A model generated the notes under the pieces. It made no database searches. It saw only the letters and a program-made list of their open reading frames with translations, and was not told the origin of the DNA. The position numbers and the translations under genes are program-made. Positions 1 through 9,925 of a DNA stretch of 64,000 nucleotides are shown in pieces (the first letter of the stretch is position 1; each line of letters opens with the position of its first letter). Source of the DNA: Thermoplasmata archaeon (lineage in GTDB: Archaea; Thermoplasmatota; Thermoplasmata; Lutacidiplasmatales; UBA184); the NCBI GenBank assembly GCA_035297105.1, contig DATGZO010000010.1, forward strand, positions 1,241 to 65,240, given 5' to 3'.

Positions 1-381
1 ATCACGAACTTGACCGCTGGATCCCTGCCCTTCGCGATTACGTACGACCCGGCCAACGGGGCGCTGTATGTGGCCAATTTCGGTAGCGCGAACGTCACGA
101 TCATCGACAGCGGAAGTCTACGGTCGATCGGGTCCCTCACTCTCCCGCTTTTCCAAGGGAACCCCAACCCCGCGAGGGGCGTCGGCTACGACCCGAATGA
201 CCAAGCGCTATTCGTCGGAGGCGAGTCGTGGGCGACCGAGTTCAACGGCGCGGGGGAGATGATTGGTCAGACGACCAGTATATCGATCCTGCAGGCCGAC
301 ACCCCGGTGTACGACCCCGTCACCCACGCGATGATCGTGGGCGAGGACGGGTACGCGTACTTCACCGTCATCGCAAGTTAG
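1..381 (+). CDS. C-terminal fragment of a YVTN/NHL-type beta-propeller repeat protein; the 5' end lies outside the window
   Basis: ORF 10..381 is open to the window edge. It carries repeated 'YDPANGALYVANFGSANVTIID' / 'GYDPNDQALFVGG' / 'YDPVTHAMIVG' motifs typical of YVTN beta-propeller repeats in archaeal surface proteins. Confidence 0.5.
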   Translation: MTNLTAGSLPFAITYDPANGALYVANFGSANVTIIDSGSLRSIGSLTLPLFQGNPNPARGVGYDPNDQALFVGGESWATEFNGAGEMIGQTTSISILQADTPVYDPVTHAMIVGEDGYAYFTVIAS

Positions 382-619
382 GCGCCCCGAGCCCCGGAAC
401 CCCGGCCGCGACCGACGGCCCGGGCACCGGTCGGCGGCGTGCCAGGCACATTGCACCCAGGACCCGTGGTCGCTAACCCCAACCCAGCCCGCTGGGGAGG
501 GACAGGGCAGCCACCAACCATCGCGCGGTCGGCCCCGATGCCAGTTGGAGCACGGGGTTGAACGGCCAAGCCGTCGCCACGATGTGGCGCTTGCAATCGG
601 CTCGCTCCGGCGAGGTCGG

Positions 620-2662
620 TCAGGGCCGCCGGCGGGCCAGGAAGAAGACCCCGGCCACGACCACGACCGCGAGGCCGGCGAGCCCCGCCCAGAACCACAC
701 CGGCACGGGCGAGGAGCTCCCACTGGAGCTGGACCCCGAAGCGATGCCCACCACGAGAGACGTGGTGGCGTGGGCGCTCGCGCCCACCGAGTCGTTCACC
801 CAGACTTCCACCGAGTAGGTCCCGGCCTGGGCGTAGACATGTTGCGGGGAGGCCCCGGAACTGGAGTTTCCGTCCCCGAACCGCCAGGCGTAGGTGAACG
901 GCGCGGTCCCCCCGGTCGCTCCGGCGCCGAACCCTTCGGGAGTTCCCGCTGTCGGCCCCGGGAGGGTCGTGATGGCCGCCGCAAGAGCGGGAGCGATCTC
1001 GACCAGGACCGAGGAGGAGGAGGTCGCGCCGACCCCGTCGGTCGCGTTGAGGTAGACTTGGTACGAGCCCGGCATCGCGAACGCGTGGGAGAGGTTGGCT
1101 TCCGAACCATTTGTCCCGTCCCCAAACTGCCACGCGTAGGTAAGAGGCAGGGTGCCGGAGGCGAGGACCGTCTCCGAGAAGGAGAGCGGGATACCGACGT
1201 CGCCGGACGAGGCAGTGGCATACGCTCGCACCTGCGGTCCTGCCGAGATGGTGAGCGTGAGAGTGTTCCCGCTGGTCTGCGCCCCGACCCCGTCGGTCAG
1301 GTTCGTTGAGACGTTGAACGAACCGACGTGGTCGAACGAGTGGTCGAACGTGAAGATCGCCCCGGTTCCCGAGAACTGCTCTACCGAGCTGTCCCCCAGC
1401 TGGACGGCGAGTTGGTAGGGGGCCGTCCCACCGTTGACCTGGAAGGTGAAATGGACGCTCTCCCCGACCTCCGCGTTGGAAAGGTTCTCGGACGCTCCGA
1501 GCGACGGGGCCATCTCATACGCCCAGGTGTCCCCGAACGTCTCCGTCGCGTTCTCGCCCCCCGTTAGAACCGGAGTGGTGCCGGAGCCGTCGAGCGCGAC
1601 CTCGGAGGCGGAACGGGGGGCCAAGGCGGATGGAGTGGAGAGTGCGGCCCAGGTTCCGTCCGAGAAGAGCCAGGTGGCGCTCGAGTACCCGAGCGAGGCG
1701 TTCAGTCCGCCGAACAGGAGGACCCCCGAGAGCCCGGGGTCGTACACGGCCGAGGCGTCCGCCACTCCCGGTGGGGCCAACGGTGGATTGGCCGCCCACC
1801 ACTGGCCCGAATAGAACTCCCAGGTCGAGTTGAGGACGCTGAAGGATCCCACCAATCCTCCGAACAGGAGCGCGTACCCGTCCGCCGGGTCATACGCGAA
1901 AGCGGCGAACCCCCCTTCGGGCGGCGCGATCGAGGTGCGGATCGGGACCCAGCCGCTCCCCATCTGCCAGACCCAGGTGTCGTTCGTGCACGCGAGAAGG
2001 ATGAACTCGGGCACGCACCCGCCGAAGAGAACGCTCCCTTCCTCCTCGGGAGCCGGGTCGAATACCAGTGACGCACCCTCCCGCGGCGAGGGACCGAACC
2101 CCAGGTAGCCCACGTTGGTCCAGACCCCAGCGTGGAACAACCAGGTGTCGTTGAGGAGGCCCGAGGCCCCCTTCCCTCCGAACATGATGACCCCGCCGGC
2201 GTTCGCGTCGAAGTCCATGCTGGCATATTCGCGGGCCGGCGGAGCCGAGTGGGGGTTGGTGTCGTCGGCCCATCGACCGCCGGAGAACACCCAGGTCTGA
2301 TTGCTGGGGCAAGCCCCTCCGGCGATGCATCCGCCGAAGTAGACCGTCTCGTTGTCGAGCGGGTCCATCGCGGCGCTCCCTTCGGATACCTTCGGGGGAG
2401 CGCCCACGGAATCGGTCACATTGACCCACCCGGGCCCCGCAATCGCCGGGTCGACCCCGCGAGAGGGCCCGGTTCGCTCGGAGGGAGCGGCGACGAGCGG
2501 GAATCCAGCCGACGACGTGGGGATCTCACGGGAGAACGAGCCCGTCCCTTGCGCCGGCAGGGACCACGCCACCAATAGGAGGAAGACCAGAGCGCCGACC
2601 ATCAGCACGCTGCGCGACCCGACGCGCGAGAGGGGAGTCGCACCTCGAAGGGGGTCGAACAT
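620..2662 (-). CDS. Cell-surface protein with Kelch-like repeats, two PKD-like domains, an N-terminal signal peptide and a C-terminal TM anchor
   Basis: 680-aa ORF. N-terminal 'RSVLMVGALVFLLLVAWSLPAQG' is signal-like. There are repeated 'V?FGG' Kelch/galactose-oxidase-type motifs. 'WQFGDGTNGS...YQVYLNATD' and 'WRFGDGNSSS...YSVEVWVND' look like PKD domains. The C-terminal hydrophobic stretch 'FWAGLAGLAVVVVAGVFFLARRRP' is anchor-like. Confidence 0.7.
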   Translation of the reverse strand: MFDPLRGATPLSRVGSRSVLMVGALVFLLLVAWSLPAQGTGSFSREIPTSSAGFPLVAAPSERTGPSRGVDPAIAGPGWVNVTDSVGAPPKVSEGSAAMDPLDNETVYFGGCIAGGACPSNQTWVFSGGRWADDTNPHSAPPAREYASMDFDANAGGVIMFGGKGASGLLNDTWLFHAGVWTNVGYLGFGPSPREGASLVFDPAPEEEGSVLFGGCVPEFILLACTNDTWVWQMGSGWVPIRTSIAPPEGGFAAFAYDPADGYALLFGGLVGSFSVLNSTWEFYSGQWWAANPPLAPPGVADASAVYDPGLSGVLLFGGLNASLGYSSATWLFSDGTWAALSTPSALAPRSASEVALDGSGTTPVLTGGENATETFGDTWAYEMAPSLGASENLSNAEVGESVHFTFQVNGGTAPYQLAVQLGDSSVEQFSGTGAIFTFDHSFDHVGSFNVSTNLTDGVGAQTSGNTLTLTISAGPQVRAYATASSGDVGIPLSFSETVLASGTLPLTYAWQFGDGTNGSEANLSHAFAMPGSYQVYLNATDGVGATSSSSVLVEIAPALAAAITTLPGPTAGTPEGFGAGATGGTAPFTYAWRFGDGNSSSGASPQHVYAQAGTYSVEVWVNDSVGASAHATTSLVVGIASGSSSSGSSSPVPVWFWAGLAGLAVVVVAGVFFLARRRP

Positions 2663-2666
2663 CGGA

Positions 2667-5600
2667 TTACCCCGTTGGAGGCGGGCTGCCCGGGGCTGGG
2701 GCGGATTCGGCCATCGGGGGCGGGGTCCGACTTCGCCGGTGGGTCCAGATCGCCACGCCCGCCAAGATGAGGACGGAGGCCGCCGCGGCGATGCCGAGGA
2801 AAAGCGCGTAGTCCGGGGCGGGCGCGGCGGAGGTCGGGGCGGCCCCGGGAGCCACGCTCGAGACCGCTGGGAGGACGACCCCGATCTCGAGCAGGTACAG
2901 GTCCTTCGTCGGACGGGTCGACGGGCCGCTCACCAAGAGCGCGTAGACGAGCAGGGAAGTTCCTGATTGGACGAGCCCGAGGTTGGTGGGGTCCGTCACC
3001 CGGGCGGAAGTGAGGTTGGTCCACGTCCCTCCGGTCTCGCTCCACGTCTCGATCCCGGACGGGGTCGCCGCCGCGAGATAGTAGATCCCGTTCGACCAGA
3101 GAGCCTGAACCTGGGTCGTCGCCTGGTTGAGGGGGACCGTCGCGATCAGCGTGCTGCTGGAGAGGTTGACGAGGTTCGCCAGCATCCCGGTCGGGGTCCG
3201 GTAGAGGAGGACCAATGTCGAAAGGCTCCCGGCCGCGAAGCTCGCGGAGACCAGGGTTCCGCTCGCCGGGGTCCCAACCGGTATCGCCACGTCCGTCCCG
3301 GACGCCACGTCGACCACCGAGTAGTTCCCGTCGAACGTCTGGGCCGCCACCCAACCGCCGCCCGCCCGGTACGCGAGCAGGGCATCGAGGTCGACGACGC
3401 TGGTGTTCGAGAGCAATGTGCCCGAGTCGAGGTTGAAGGTAACGAGGCGCTCGGGCGAAGTGTCGCTCGGGAGGGCGACGTTCGACAGGAGGGCGATCAC
3501 CTGGGGAGTTCCCCCAGTTGCGTCGACCAGGTAGGAGTCCGCGATCCCCCAACTGGTCCAGGTATGGACCGGGCCCCAGGTGGAGTTGCTCGGGTAATAG
3601 TGGGCGCCCTGCAACTCGATCTGGTTCAATGCGGTGGGGCCTGCGGCGCCGGTCTCGCTGTCCGGGATCCCATCCCAAAGGACGTACAGGCTCCCGTCGG
3701 GGAGGTGCGTCGCCTGAGGACGGGCGAGGATGAAGTTGGGGTGCGGCGGGCTCGGTATGGCCGTCAGCGAGTTGTCGGCGCCGTTCAGGTTGAGACCCGA
3801 GACGGTTAGGCCATTAGTCTCGGGGAGATTTACCTGGTCGTTCGTGAAGAACAGGTCCGCCCCGGCCGCGGTGGGGGCGGCGGTGATCCCGGCGTTCGGG
3901 TAGATGTCGGAGACGGCGGTCCCCTGGGTCGCGTGGGCGGACCAGACCACCTGGTCGTATCCTGTCACGTTGTAGTACCGGGGGGCGAGCGACCACGGAG
4001 CGCTGCTCCCGTTGTCGTACGGGGCGGGTACTGGAACCCCGAGGCGGCGCGCCGGTTCCTGTCCCTGGCCGAATGGGAAGGAGCCCATCCAGAAGGTCCA
4101 CATGGTACTGAAGAACAGGAAGGAAGCCGCGACGAAGAACGACGCGTTCAGCCAGCCCCCGGAGAGAGCGAAGGGCGGGGGCTCGATCTGGAAGTTCAGC
4201 GCGATGGAGGCCGTCCCGCCGATGGACACGGAGGCGATCGCGATGCTGAACGCGATCGCGATCGAGAGAGGCAAGGTGAACACACCGAGCAGGCCCGAGA
4301 GCATCAGGCCGAGGCCGGGGATGAAGTCCTGGGACGCGTTGGTCGAGGGGAGGAGCAGGAGGTCGAGGGCGATGGAGGGGGCGATGCTGATGTCGAGCGT
4401 GAACCCGACCTTGACCCCGAGGATATCGAACCCGTACAGGGGAATGCTGGCATTGACGGTGGCCGTTAGGGACAATCCGACGGACGCGCTGACCCAGACC
4501 GGGTTCAAGCTTCCGTTCGGGTCGGTCGAGACCGAGAACTTGCCAGTGACCGTGAGGGCCGCGGTCAGCTTGAGACTGACGATACCGAGGTTGACGCTGG
4601 GCGGGGAGAGCGAGAACTCCCCGCCGAGCGTGATCACCCCGGACGAGGTCTCGCTGTAGGTGAGGGTGACGGAGGGAATCAGGGAGTAGTTCCCGCTGAC
4701 GAGCGGGATCGGGATCGAGAAGTTGAACAGCGAGTTGAAATTGAGGGTGACCTTCTCCGTGACCGAGTACGTCAGGTTCCAGGGTCCGGTCCCGGAGGAC
4801 TTGAACAGGTTCCCGTTGGTCGCGAGCGACCCCAACTGGACGGCGATCTGCAGCCAGGGCGGGGTGTCGATGCACTTGATGGGGAGAGTGACGTTCTCCG
4901 TCCAATCGGACCACGTCGCGGTCACCACGAGGGAATCGCCGGGATAGACCACGTCCATGTCCACGGCCGAGGAGTTGAACCAGAGCCCGTCCGAGTTGTT
5001 GGTGGTCGCGGTGAAGAATACGTTGTACCCCCCCATGTTCCCCGAGATGCTGTCGGGAGCCGCGTTATCGAGCTCGGCGTAGAGGACGAAGATGTTGTTG
5101 ATCGAGAACCCCTCGTAGAAGTCCGGCCCGTACTGGGACCAGACCTTCAACTTCTCCTGCGGAATGACCTCGACGGTCCAGTTCGACGTAATGAAGGGGT
5201 GGGTGATGTTGCCGATGTCCGTCACCGTGGCGGTGATCCGGAAGTAGTTGTAGCTGCTGGCGGCTGGAGAGCAGTCGATGAGCGCCACCCCGCCCGAAGG
5301 GACGGGGTAGCTCGAGTTGCCGAAGAACGGGTCGCATCCGGTACCGGCCAGCTCCCGAGTGTCCCCCGCCTTCAGTTCCTGCGTGTGGAACTGGTAGATC
5401 AGATCCCCCGTCCCGCCGTAGGCGGCCATCTGGAACTGGTCGAAGTTGATCTGGTTGACCTGAATGGTCGCGGGCCCGTTGAAGCGGGCGCTCAAGGGAA
5501 GATAGAATCGCCAGACGTCATTGGCCGCGCCGCTGCCAACGTATCCGCCGAAGACCAGGAAGAAGCCGGCAGAGTCGTCGCTAACGTATCCCATGGCGTC

Positions 5601-7016
5601 CCGCGCCGGAGGAGCGCCGACCGCGCTGGTGTTCAGCCAGGTGAACATTCCTCCCGAGGCGGTCGGGTCGAACCAGGTGTCGTTGAGGTAGGAGTAGAAT
5701 ACCGAATTGCAGCCGGCCCCGGTAGCGCCAAACCCGCCAAAGAGGACGAACAAGTGGTTGCCCGGACTCCAAGCGAGGGCCGCGTCCGTCCGACCGCAAG
5801 GAAAACCGTAGGTGACGGCCGGGCTGGCGGCGAGGGCCCCGGCCGGTCCCTCGGGGCGGGGGATGCACCCGGGACTGTACAACATTGGGGCCCAATGTCC
5901 GTTCTCGAACCACCAGCCCATGTAGGGTCCCCCCGCATAGCAGCCGTTGCCCGAGAGGTTGCCGTTGTCCTCCCCCCCGAAGAGGAGGATGTATCCGTTC
6001 GGCGAGTCGGCGATCGACGCGCCCGCTCGAGGGTCGGGCGCTGTCGTGAGGCCCGCCGTGACGTTGGTCCAAGTGTCGTGCGCGAAGACCCAGGTATCGC
6101 CCAAGGTGTTCCCCGCCGCGTTCTGTCCCCCGAACAGGAGGTCGAGGTTGTCGGCCGTGTCGAACACCATCGCCCCGTCCAGCCGGGGGGACGGGGCTCC
6201 GGTGATCGTCGCGGTCAGGTTGACCCAAGCCCCGTTCGAGTACGCCCACGTGTCTCCGAGGGCGACTCCCGATACACCATACTCCGGGACCCCTCCAAAC
6301 AAGAGCACTTGGTGATCCGTAGGGTCGTACGCCATCATCGCGAGCGCCCGAGCCGGAGGGCACAGGGTGGCTCCGCAGGCCGAGGCGTTGATGAGCTGTG
6401 TCCAAACCCCCCCACTGTACAACCACGTGTCGTCGGTCACCTCGTAGCTTGGGGAGGCGACGACCCCGCCGAACAGAAGGTCCCCGCTGAGCGCCGGATC
6501 GTACGTCATCGCCGCTTCGAACCGTTGCTGGGGGTAGCTGCTCGGGAGGGGGTTCGGGGTCACATTGCTCCAGCCGGAGGGTGAACTCGTCGCCTCAATT
6601 CCAGCGGAAGGGTTGGGACCCTGAATCTTGGGACAGCCGGGGAGAGTGAGCGCCTCCAGGAGGCACAAGCTCCGGGAGGGACCTCGGGGCGTCGCGGAAT
6701 GGACCTTCGCCACCGGCGCGGACTTCGCGAAGGGGTGGGTCGGGGCGACGGGCGGGGGGGGTGACGAGGAAGCCAACCCGTTGATCGGTATCCCTTCGCC
6801 CAGGAGAATGAAAATCACAAAGATCGAGATGGCCGCGGCCCCCAGGGCGCCCGTGCGTCGCCGGGATAATCGAGCAACCGTTGCGCTTCGGAAGGCGAGG
6901 CGATGTGGTCCAGTGGACCGGGTCGGAGCCCCGGTCGGCACCGGCTGCGGGGTTCGTACGTCGAGGCGTACGGTCACACGTGTCTGTTCGGAGTGGAATG
7001 TAAGAGGCGCCGGCAT
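2667..7016 (-). CDS. Giant (about 1450 aa) cell-surface protein with Kelch-like repeats and a C-terminal TM anchor plus Pro-rich tail; the start is uncertain and the ORF is open up to 7145
   Basis: 1492-aa ORF 2667..7145. The hydrophobic signal/anchor 'ALGAAAISIFVIFILLG' sits near aa 100, so the true start is probably an internal ATG (M44 at 7016) or GTG. Kelch motifs occur as 'DLLFGG', 'VLLFGG', 'LDLLFGG', 'YILLFGG'. There are many N-x-S/T sequons. The C-terminus 'LFLGIAAAASVLILAGVAIWTHRRSR' is followed by a P-rich tail. Confidence 0.65.
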   Translation of the reverse strand: MPAPLTFHSEQTRVTVRLDVRTPQPVPTGAPTRSTGPHRLAFRSATVARLSRRRTGALGAAAISIFVIFILLGEGIPINGLASSSPPPPVAPTHPFAKSAPVAKVHSATPRGPSRSLCLLEALTLPGCPKIQGPNPSAGIEATSSPSGWSNVTPNPLPSSYPQQRFEAAMTYDPALSGDLLFGGVVASPSYEVTDDTWLYSGGVWTQLINASACGATLCPPARALAMMAYDPTDHQVLLFGGVPEYGVSGVALGDTWAYSNGAWVNLTATITGAPSPRLDGAMVFDTADNLDLLFGGQNAAGNTLGDTWVFAHDTWTNVTAGLTTAPDPRAGASIADSPNGYILLFGGEDNGNLSGNGCYAGGPYMGWWFENGHWAPMLYSPGCIPRPEGPAGALAASPAVTYGFPCGRTDAALAWSPGNHLFVLFGGFGATGAGCNSVFYSYLNDTWFDPTASGGMFTWLNTSAVGAPPARDAMGYVSDDSAGFFLVFGGYVGSGAANDVWRFYLPLSARFNGPATIQVNQINFDQFQMAAYGGTGDLIYQFHTQELKAGDTRELAGTGCDPFFGNSSYPVPSGGVALIDCSPAASSYNYFRITATVTDIGNITHPFITSNWTVEVIPQEKLKVWSQYGPDFYEGFSINNIFVLYAELDNAAPDSISGNMGGYNVFFTATTNNSDGLWFNSSAVDMDVVYPGDSLVVTATWSDWTENVTLPIKCIDTPPWLQIAVQLGSLATNGNLFKSSGTGPWNLTYSVTEKVTLNFNSLFNFSIPIPLVSGNYSLIPSVTLTYSETSSGVITLGGEFSLSPPSVNLGIVSLKLTAALTVTGKFSVSTDPNGSLNPVWVSASVGLSLTATVNASIPLYGFDILGVKVGFTLDISIAPSIALDLLLLPSTNASQDFIPGLGLMLSGLLGVFTLPLSIAIAFSIAIASVSIGGTASIALNFQIEPPPFALSGGWLNASFFVAASFLFFSTMWTFWMGSFPFGQGQEPARRLGVPVPAPYDNGSSAPWSLAPRYYNVTGYDQVVWSAHATQGTAVSDIYPNAGITAAPTAAGADLFFTNDQVNLPETNGLTVSGLNLNGADNSLTAIPSPPHPNFILARPQATHLPDGSLYVLWDGIPDSETGAAGPTALNQIELQGAHYYPSNSTWGPVHTWTSWGIADSYLVDATGGTPQVIALLSNVALPSDTSPERLVTFNLDSGTLLSNTSVVDLDALLAYRAGGGWVAAQTFDGNYSVVDVASGTDVAIPVGTPASGTLVSASFAAGSLSTLVLLYRTPTGMLANLVNLSSSTLIATVPLNQATTQVQALWSNGIYYLAAATPSGIETWSETGGTWTNLTSARVTDPTNLGLVQSGTSLLVYALLVSGPSTRPTKDLYLLEIGVVLPAVSSVAPGAAPTSAAPAPDYALFLGIAAAASVLILAGVAIWTHRRSRTPPPMAESAPAPGSPPPTG

Positions 7017-7387
7017 GGCGATCGGTCGGCCACTCTCGGCCTTCTCCCCTTCGACCAAACGATTCCGCCTCCGTCCGGCTTGATTTCGACCCACGGGTAT
7101 ATCTGGGATAGGGGTTGGGTCAACCGGATTGACCAAAAGTGCCAACCTCTCGACCTATGGGGCAGGGGGAGACTCGGGGTGGGATCGCGAACGAGTGATT
7201 GCCCGCGTGGATGGGAGGAAGCCCGGCACGGCGAAGAAACCGCCCGTCCGGGGGCAGCTTGCTAGGGGCAACCAGGAGTCCTCCGGAAGTCTTCATCGAA
7301 GGCTGGCCAAGACCTACCTTTACTACTCCCCAAAGGTTAGGCACGGCACCCGGCACCAGGACCCGGCACGTGGAGGTCGGACGTAGC

Positions 7388-8329
7388 ATGGACCAGCTCG
7401 ATATCCGGATACTCCGGGAACTGAACCAAGCCTACACCGTCTGGCCCGGCCGACCCGGGCTCTTCTCTTCCTATCGGGAGATCGCCCAGAAACTCCGGGT
7501 CTCCCCGGGGACGGTTCGGAATCGGATCCGAGAGATGGCCCGAACGGGATTCCTCAACGGCACGTCCGTTTACCCGAACCCTACGCTCCTGGGGCTTGAG
7601 TCCGGGTCGCATGCGATCGAGATCGGTGCTGGGGTTCGGAAGGAGGACGTCCTCCGCCGATTGGGTGCGCTCCCGGGGGTCGTGTTCCTCGAGAACTTGC
7701 GCGGGAACCTGCTGGGGATTGGGTTCGTCTACGAACCGAGCACGAACCTCCGGGCGCTCCTCGACCGGTTCGAGCGAGTCGCGCACGCCGCGCCGGGGAT
7801 GTTCAGCCATGTTCGCCAACCGACCCCCTCAAGTGGGCTCACCCTAGCGGAGTGGCGGCTGGTCAGCCGACTCATGAGCGGGACCGTCCGCTCGTACCTT
7901 CAGCTCGCCCACGAACTTCAGGTCTCGACGCGGACCCTGAAGCGACGCATCCGAAGATTGACGGGCTCCGGAGCCATGTTCACTTTTCCCCTCCTCGAGT
8001 TACGCGCCCTCTCCGGTGGAGTGACGACCGAACTCCTCATCTCGTATTCACCCGAGTCGCCCGAAGTACGAACCCGCGCCCTTCAGCGCCTCGACGATTG
8101 GTTAATCTTCGCGGGGGTCTGGGACGAGTTCGACATCTACCGCCTGATCCTCCCCAACGTCACGTTGGCCGGCGACCTGGCCAAGGAGGTCGCCGGGTGG
8201 GACGGGGTGCGTTTCGCCCGCGTCGAACTCGTGGAGGGACTGATCAACCAACTCACGGCCCTCCGGCCCTACGTCCTCAGGGAGATTGCCGCCCTGGAAG
8301 CGAAGGCGAAGCGGACGGTTACCCCGTAA
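7388..8329 (+). CDS. Lrp/AsnC-family transcriptional regulator with two tandem HTH+RAM modules (pseudo-dimeric Lrp)
   Basis: Internal ATG 'MDQLDIRILRELNQ'. The first AsnC-type HTH is 'SSYREIAQKLRVSPGTVRNRIREMARTGFL'. The second HTH is 'SYLQLAHELQVSTRTLKRRIRRLTGSGAM'. Confidence 0.7.
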   Translation: MDQLDIRILRELNQAYTVWPGRPGLFSSYREIAQKLRVSPGTVRNRIREMARTGFLNGTSVYPNPTLLGLESGSHAIEIGAGVRKEDVLRRLGALPGVVFLENLRGNLLGIGFVYEPSTNLRALLDRFERVAHAAPGMFSHVRQPTPSSGLTLAEWRLVSRLMSGTVRSYLQLAHELQVSTRTLKRRIRRLTGSGAMFTFPLLELRALSGGVTTELLISYSPESPEVRTRALQRLDDWLIFAGVWDEFDIYRLILPNVTLAGDLAKEVAGWDGVRFARVELVEGLINQLTALRPYVLREIAALEAKAKRTVTP

Positions 8330-8581
8330 GCGCGCACGTCGGCCTTCTATCATCGGCCAAGGAGTGAGCCGACACCAACGAGTCAATCTTGCACCCAGGT
8401 TCGGAAGCGATAACACCGGAGGAAGCGGTGGTACTCTCCTAAACCCCAAAAGGCCAAGCGACCTGCCCTCCGTGGCTGGGTCCGAGTCTCGGCCCGGGCC
8501 GAGAGCTCGCCGCTCAAGTCCTACCGGTGGAATGGCGACCCAGGGGCCGAGCCTCCGACCGGGCCGGTCCACGCGCCCGGG

Positions 8582-9112
8582 TTAGGCGGGGCGCGATCCG
8601 TGCCGCACATACTCCCCGATTTGGTTCACGATCTCCTCTATGGGACGAGTAGTGTCGACGACGAGTACTGGCTCGGTCCAAGGCTCGAACTCCCGGTGCG
8701 CCGTTTCTTCCCACGTGGGGGCAGGAAGGGGGGGCGTCGGAGGCGCCCGCGATTCAACTCGCCGGCGATGCTCTGCGAGGTCCGAACAGATCACATGGAT
8801 CGTGGATCGGTCGGCGGGCGATTCGTCCGAGAGTTCCCGCCACATGCGTCGGGGCGGTTCTACTCCGTTGACGGCGTCCACGACGACATTTCGACCGAGG
8901 CGGAGCTGCTCTCGGGCGACATCATGACACCCCAAGTAAGCGGCCAACCCCGTTTCGAAGGAGTGAGGGAGACCGGCCTGCAGCATCGAGGCTTCCAGAA
9001 CATCGACGCGCAACCAGACTGCCTGAAATTTCCGGGCGACCCTCTCTGCCAAGGTCGACTTGCCCACTCCGGGTAACCCCGAAAAAACGATGAGTTTCGG
9101 TCGATCGCTCAT
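8582..9112 (-). CDS. P-loop kinase (AAA_33 / zeta-toxin-like kinase fold)
   Basis: A Walker A motif 'LIVFSGLPGVGKSTLAERVARKF' sits directly after the internal ATG (MSDRPK...). The rest of the sequence is small-kinase-like. The listed ORF start at 9184 gives a 24-aa non-conserved extension. Confidence 0.6.
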   Translation of the reverse strand: MSDRPKLIVFSGLPGVGKSTLAERVARKFQAVWLRVDVLEASMLQAGLPHSFETGLAAYLGCHDVAREQLRLGRNVVVDAVNGVEPPRRMWRELSDESPADRSTIHVICSDLAEHRRRVESRAPPTPPLPAPTWEETAHREFEPWTEPVLVVDTTRPIEEIVNQIGEYVRHGSRPA

Positions 9113-9247
9113 GAGACGACCCCCGTCGATCGACCGTGCATCACGATCCGGCTCGCCGGACGAGGACCGTGTTCGACCGGACACGAAGCCGCATCTGAGC
9201 TACCCCCGGTGGCCCGCCGGCGAGGGGGGTCCGTTCGATGATCGGGG

Positions 9248-9925
9248 TTACGCGTCCGACGACGGGGAGGCCCCAAACGTCGGGGAGGAATCCTTCCACT
9301 GCGGCGCGCGACGCGGGGCGGTGGACTTGGGCTTTCCCGGTGCCGGGGGCGGGGCCGAGTCCGGATTGCTGCGCTCACCGGAAAGGAGGCCCGCACCTTC
9401 CAGCTCCTCGATCACTTTCTCGACGGCGAGCTGGATGTCGGAGGGACGACGAGCACCCGTGCAGACCATCTTCCCGCTGCCGAACAGGAGTAGTACAACT
9501 CGGGGGGTCTCCATCCGGAGAACGAGTCCGGGGAACTGCTCGGGCTCGTACTCAACGCGGTCCAGTCCCAGGGTGACCGCAATCGAGTTCAGGTTGATCT
9601 CGCAGCCGAGGTCCGACGTCGCGACGATGTTCTGGACCTCGATCTTCGGGTGCATCGTGATCTTCTGACCCATCTTCTTGATCTCGGATGCGACCGTGTG
9701 AATCGACTTTTCCACGTCCAGCATGCTCTTTCCGCCCGTGCAAACGACCTTGCCGGAGCGGAACAGCAGGATGGCGGTCTTGGGTTGCTTTAGACGATAA
9801 ATCAGACCCGGGAACTGTTCGGGCTCGTATTCCGCACCGTTGAGTTGGAACGCGATGGACTGCAAGTCGAGCTCATCACCCAGCGAAGTCGAGGCCACCA
9901 CGTTCTCGATTCGGATGCGCGTCAT
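9248..9925 (-). CDS. tbp: TATA-box-binding protein (archaeal TBP), with an unusual 45-aa Pro/Ser-rich basic C-terminal tail
   Basis: Two TBP direct repeats are present: 'NVVASTSLGDELDLQSIAFQLNGAEYEPEQFPGLIYRLKQPKTAILLFRSGKVVCTGGKS' and 'NIVATSDLGCEINLNSIAVTLGLDRVEYEPEQFPGLVLRMETPRVVLLLFGSGKMVCTGARR'. The ATG lies 225 codons upstream of the stop. The 514-aa track ORF is a spurious 5' extension. Confidence 0.9.
   Translation of the reverse strand: MTRIRIENVVASTSLGDELDLQSIAFQLNGAEYEPEQFPGLIYRLKQPKTAILLFRSGKVVCTGGKSMLDVEKSIHTVASEIKKMGQKITMHPKIEVQNIVATSDLGCEINLNSIAVTLGLDRVEYEPEQFPGLVLRMETPRVVLLLFGSGKMVCTGARRPSDIQLAVEKVIEELEGAGLLSGERSNPDSAPPPAPGKPKSTAPRRAPQWKDSSPTFGASPSSDA

Noticed and set aside
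3814-6584. Long ORFs 3814..4914 (-), 3933..4469 (+), 4012..4659 (+), 5199..6584 (+), 5581..6426 (-) overlapping the giant surface-protein gene
   Set aside because: They lie in alternate frames or on the opposite strand of a well-supported 1492-aa CDS. Their compositions (R/G/P/E runs) are typical of GC-driven open frames, and none has recognisable motifs.
8582-9184. Possibility that the AAA_33 P-loop kinase is a zeta-toxin of a toxin-antitoxin pair
   Set aside because: No small epsilon-like antitoxin ORF is adjacent, since the neighbours are tbp and the Lrp regulator. With only a Walker A plus generic kinase fold visible, a housekeeping small-molecule kinase is equally likely.
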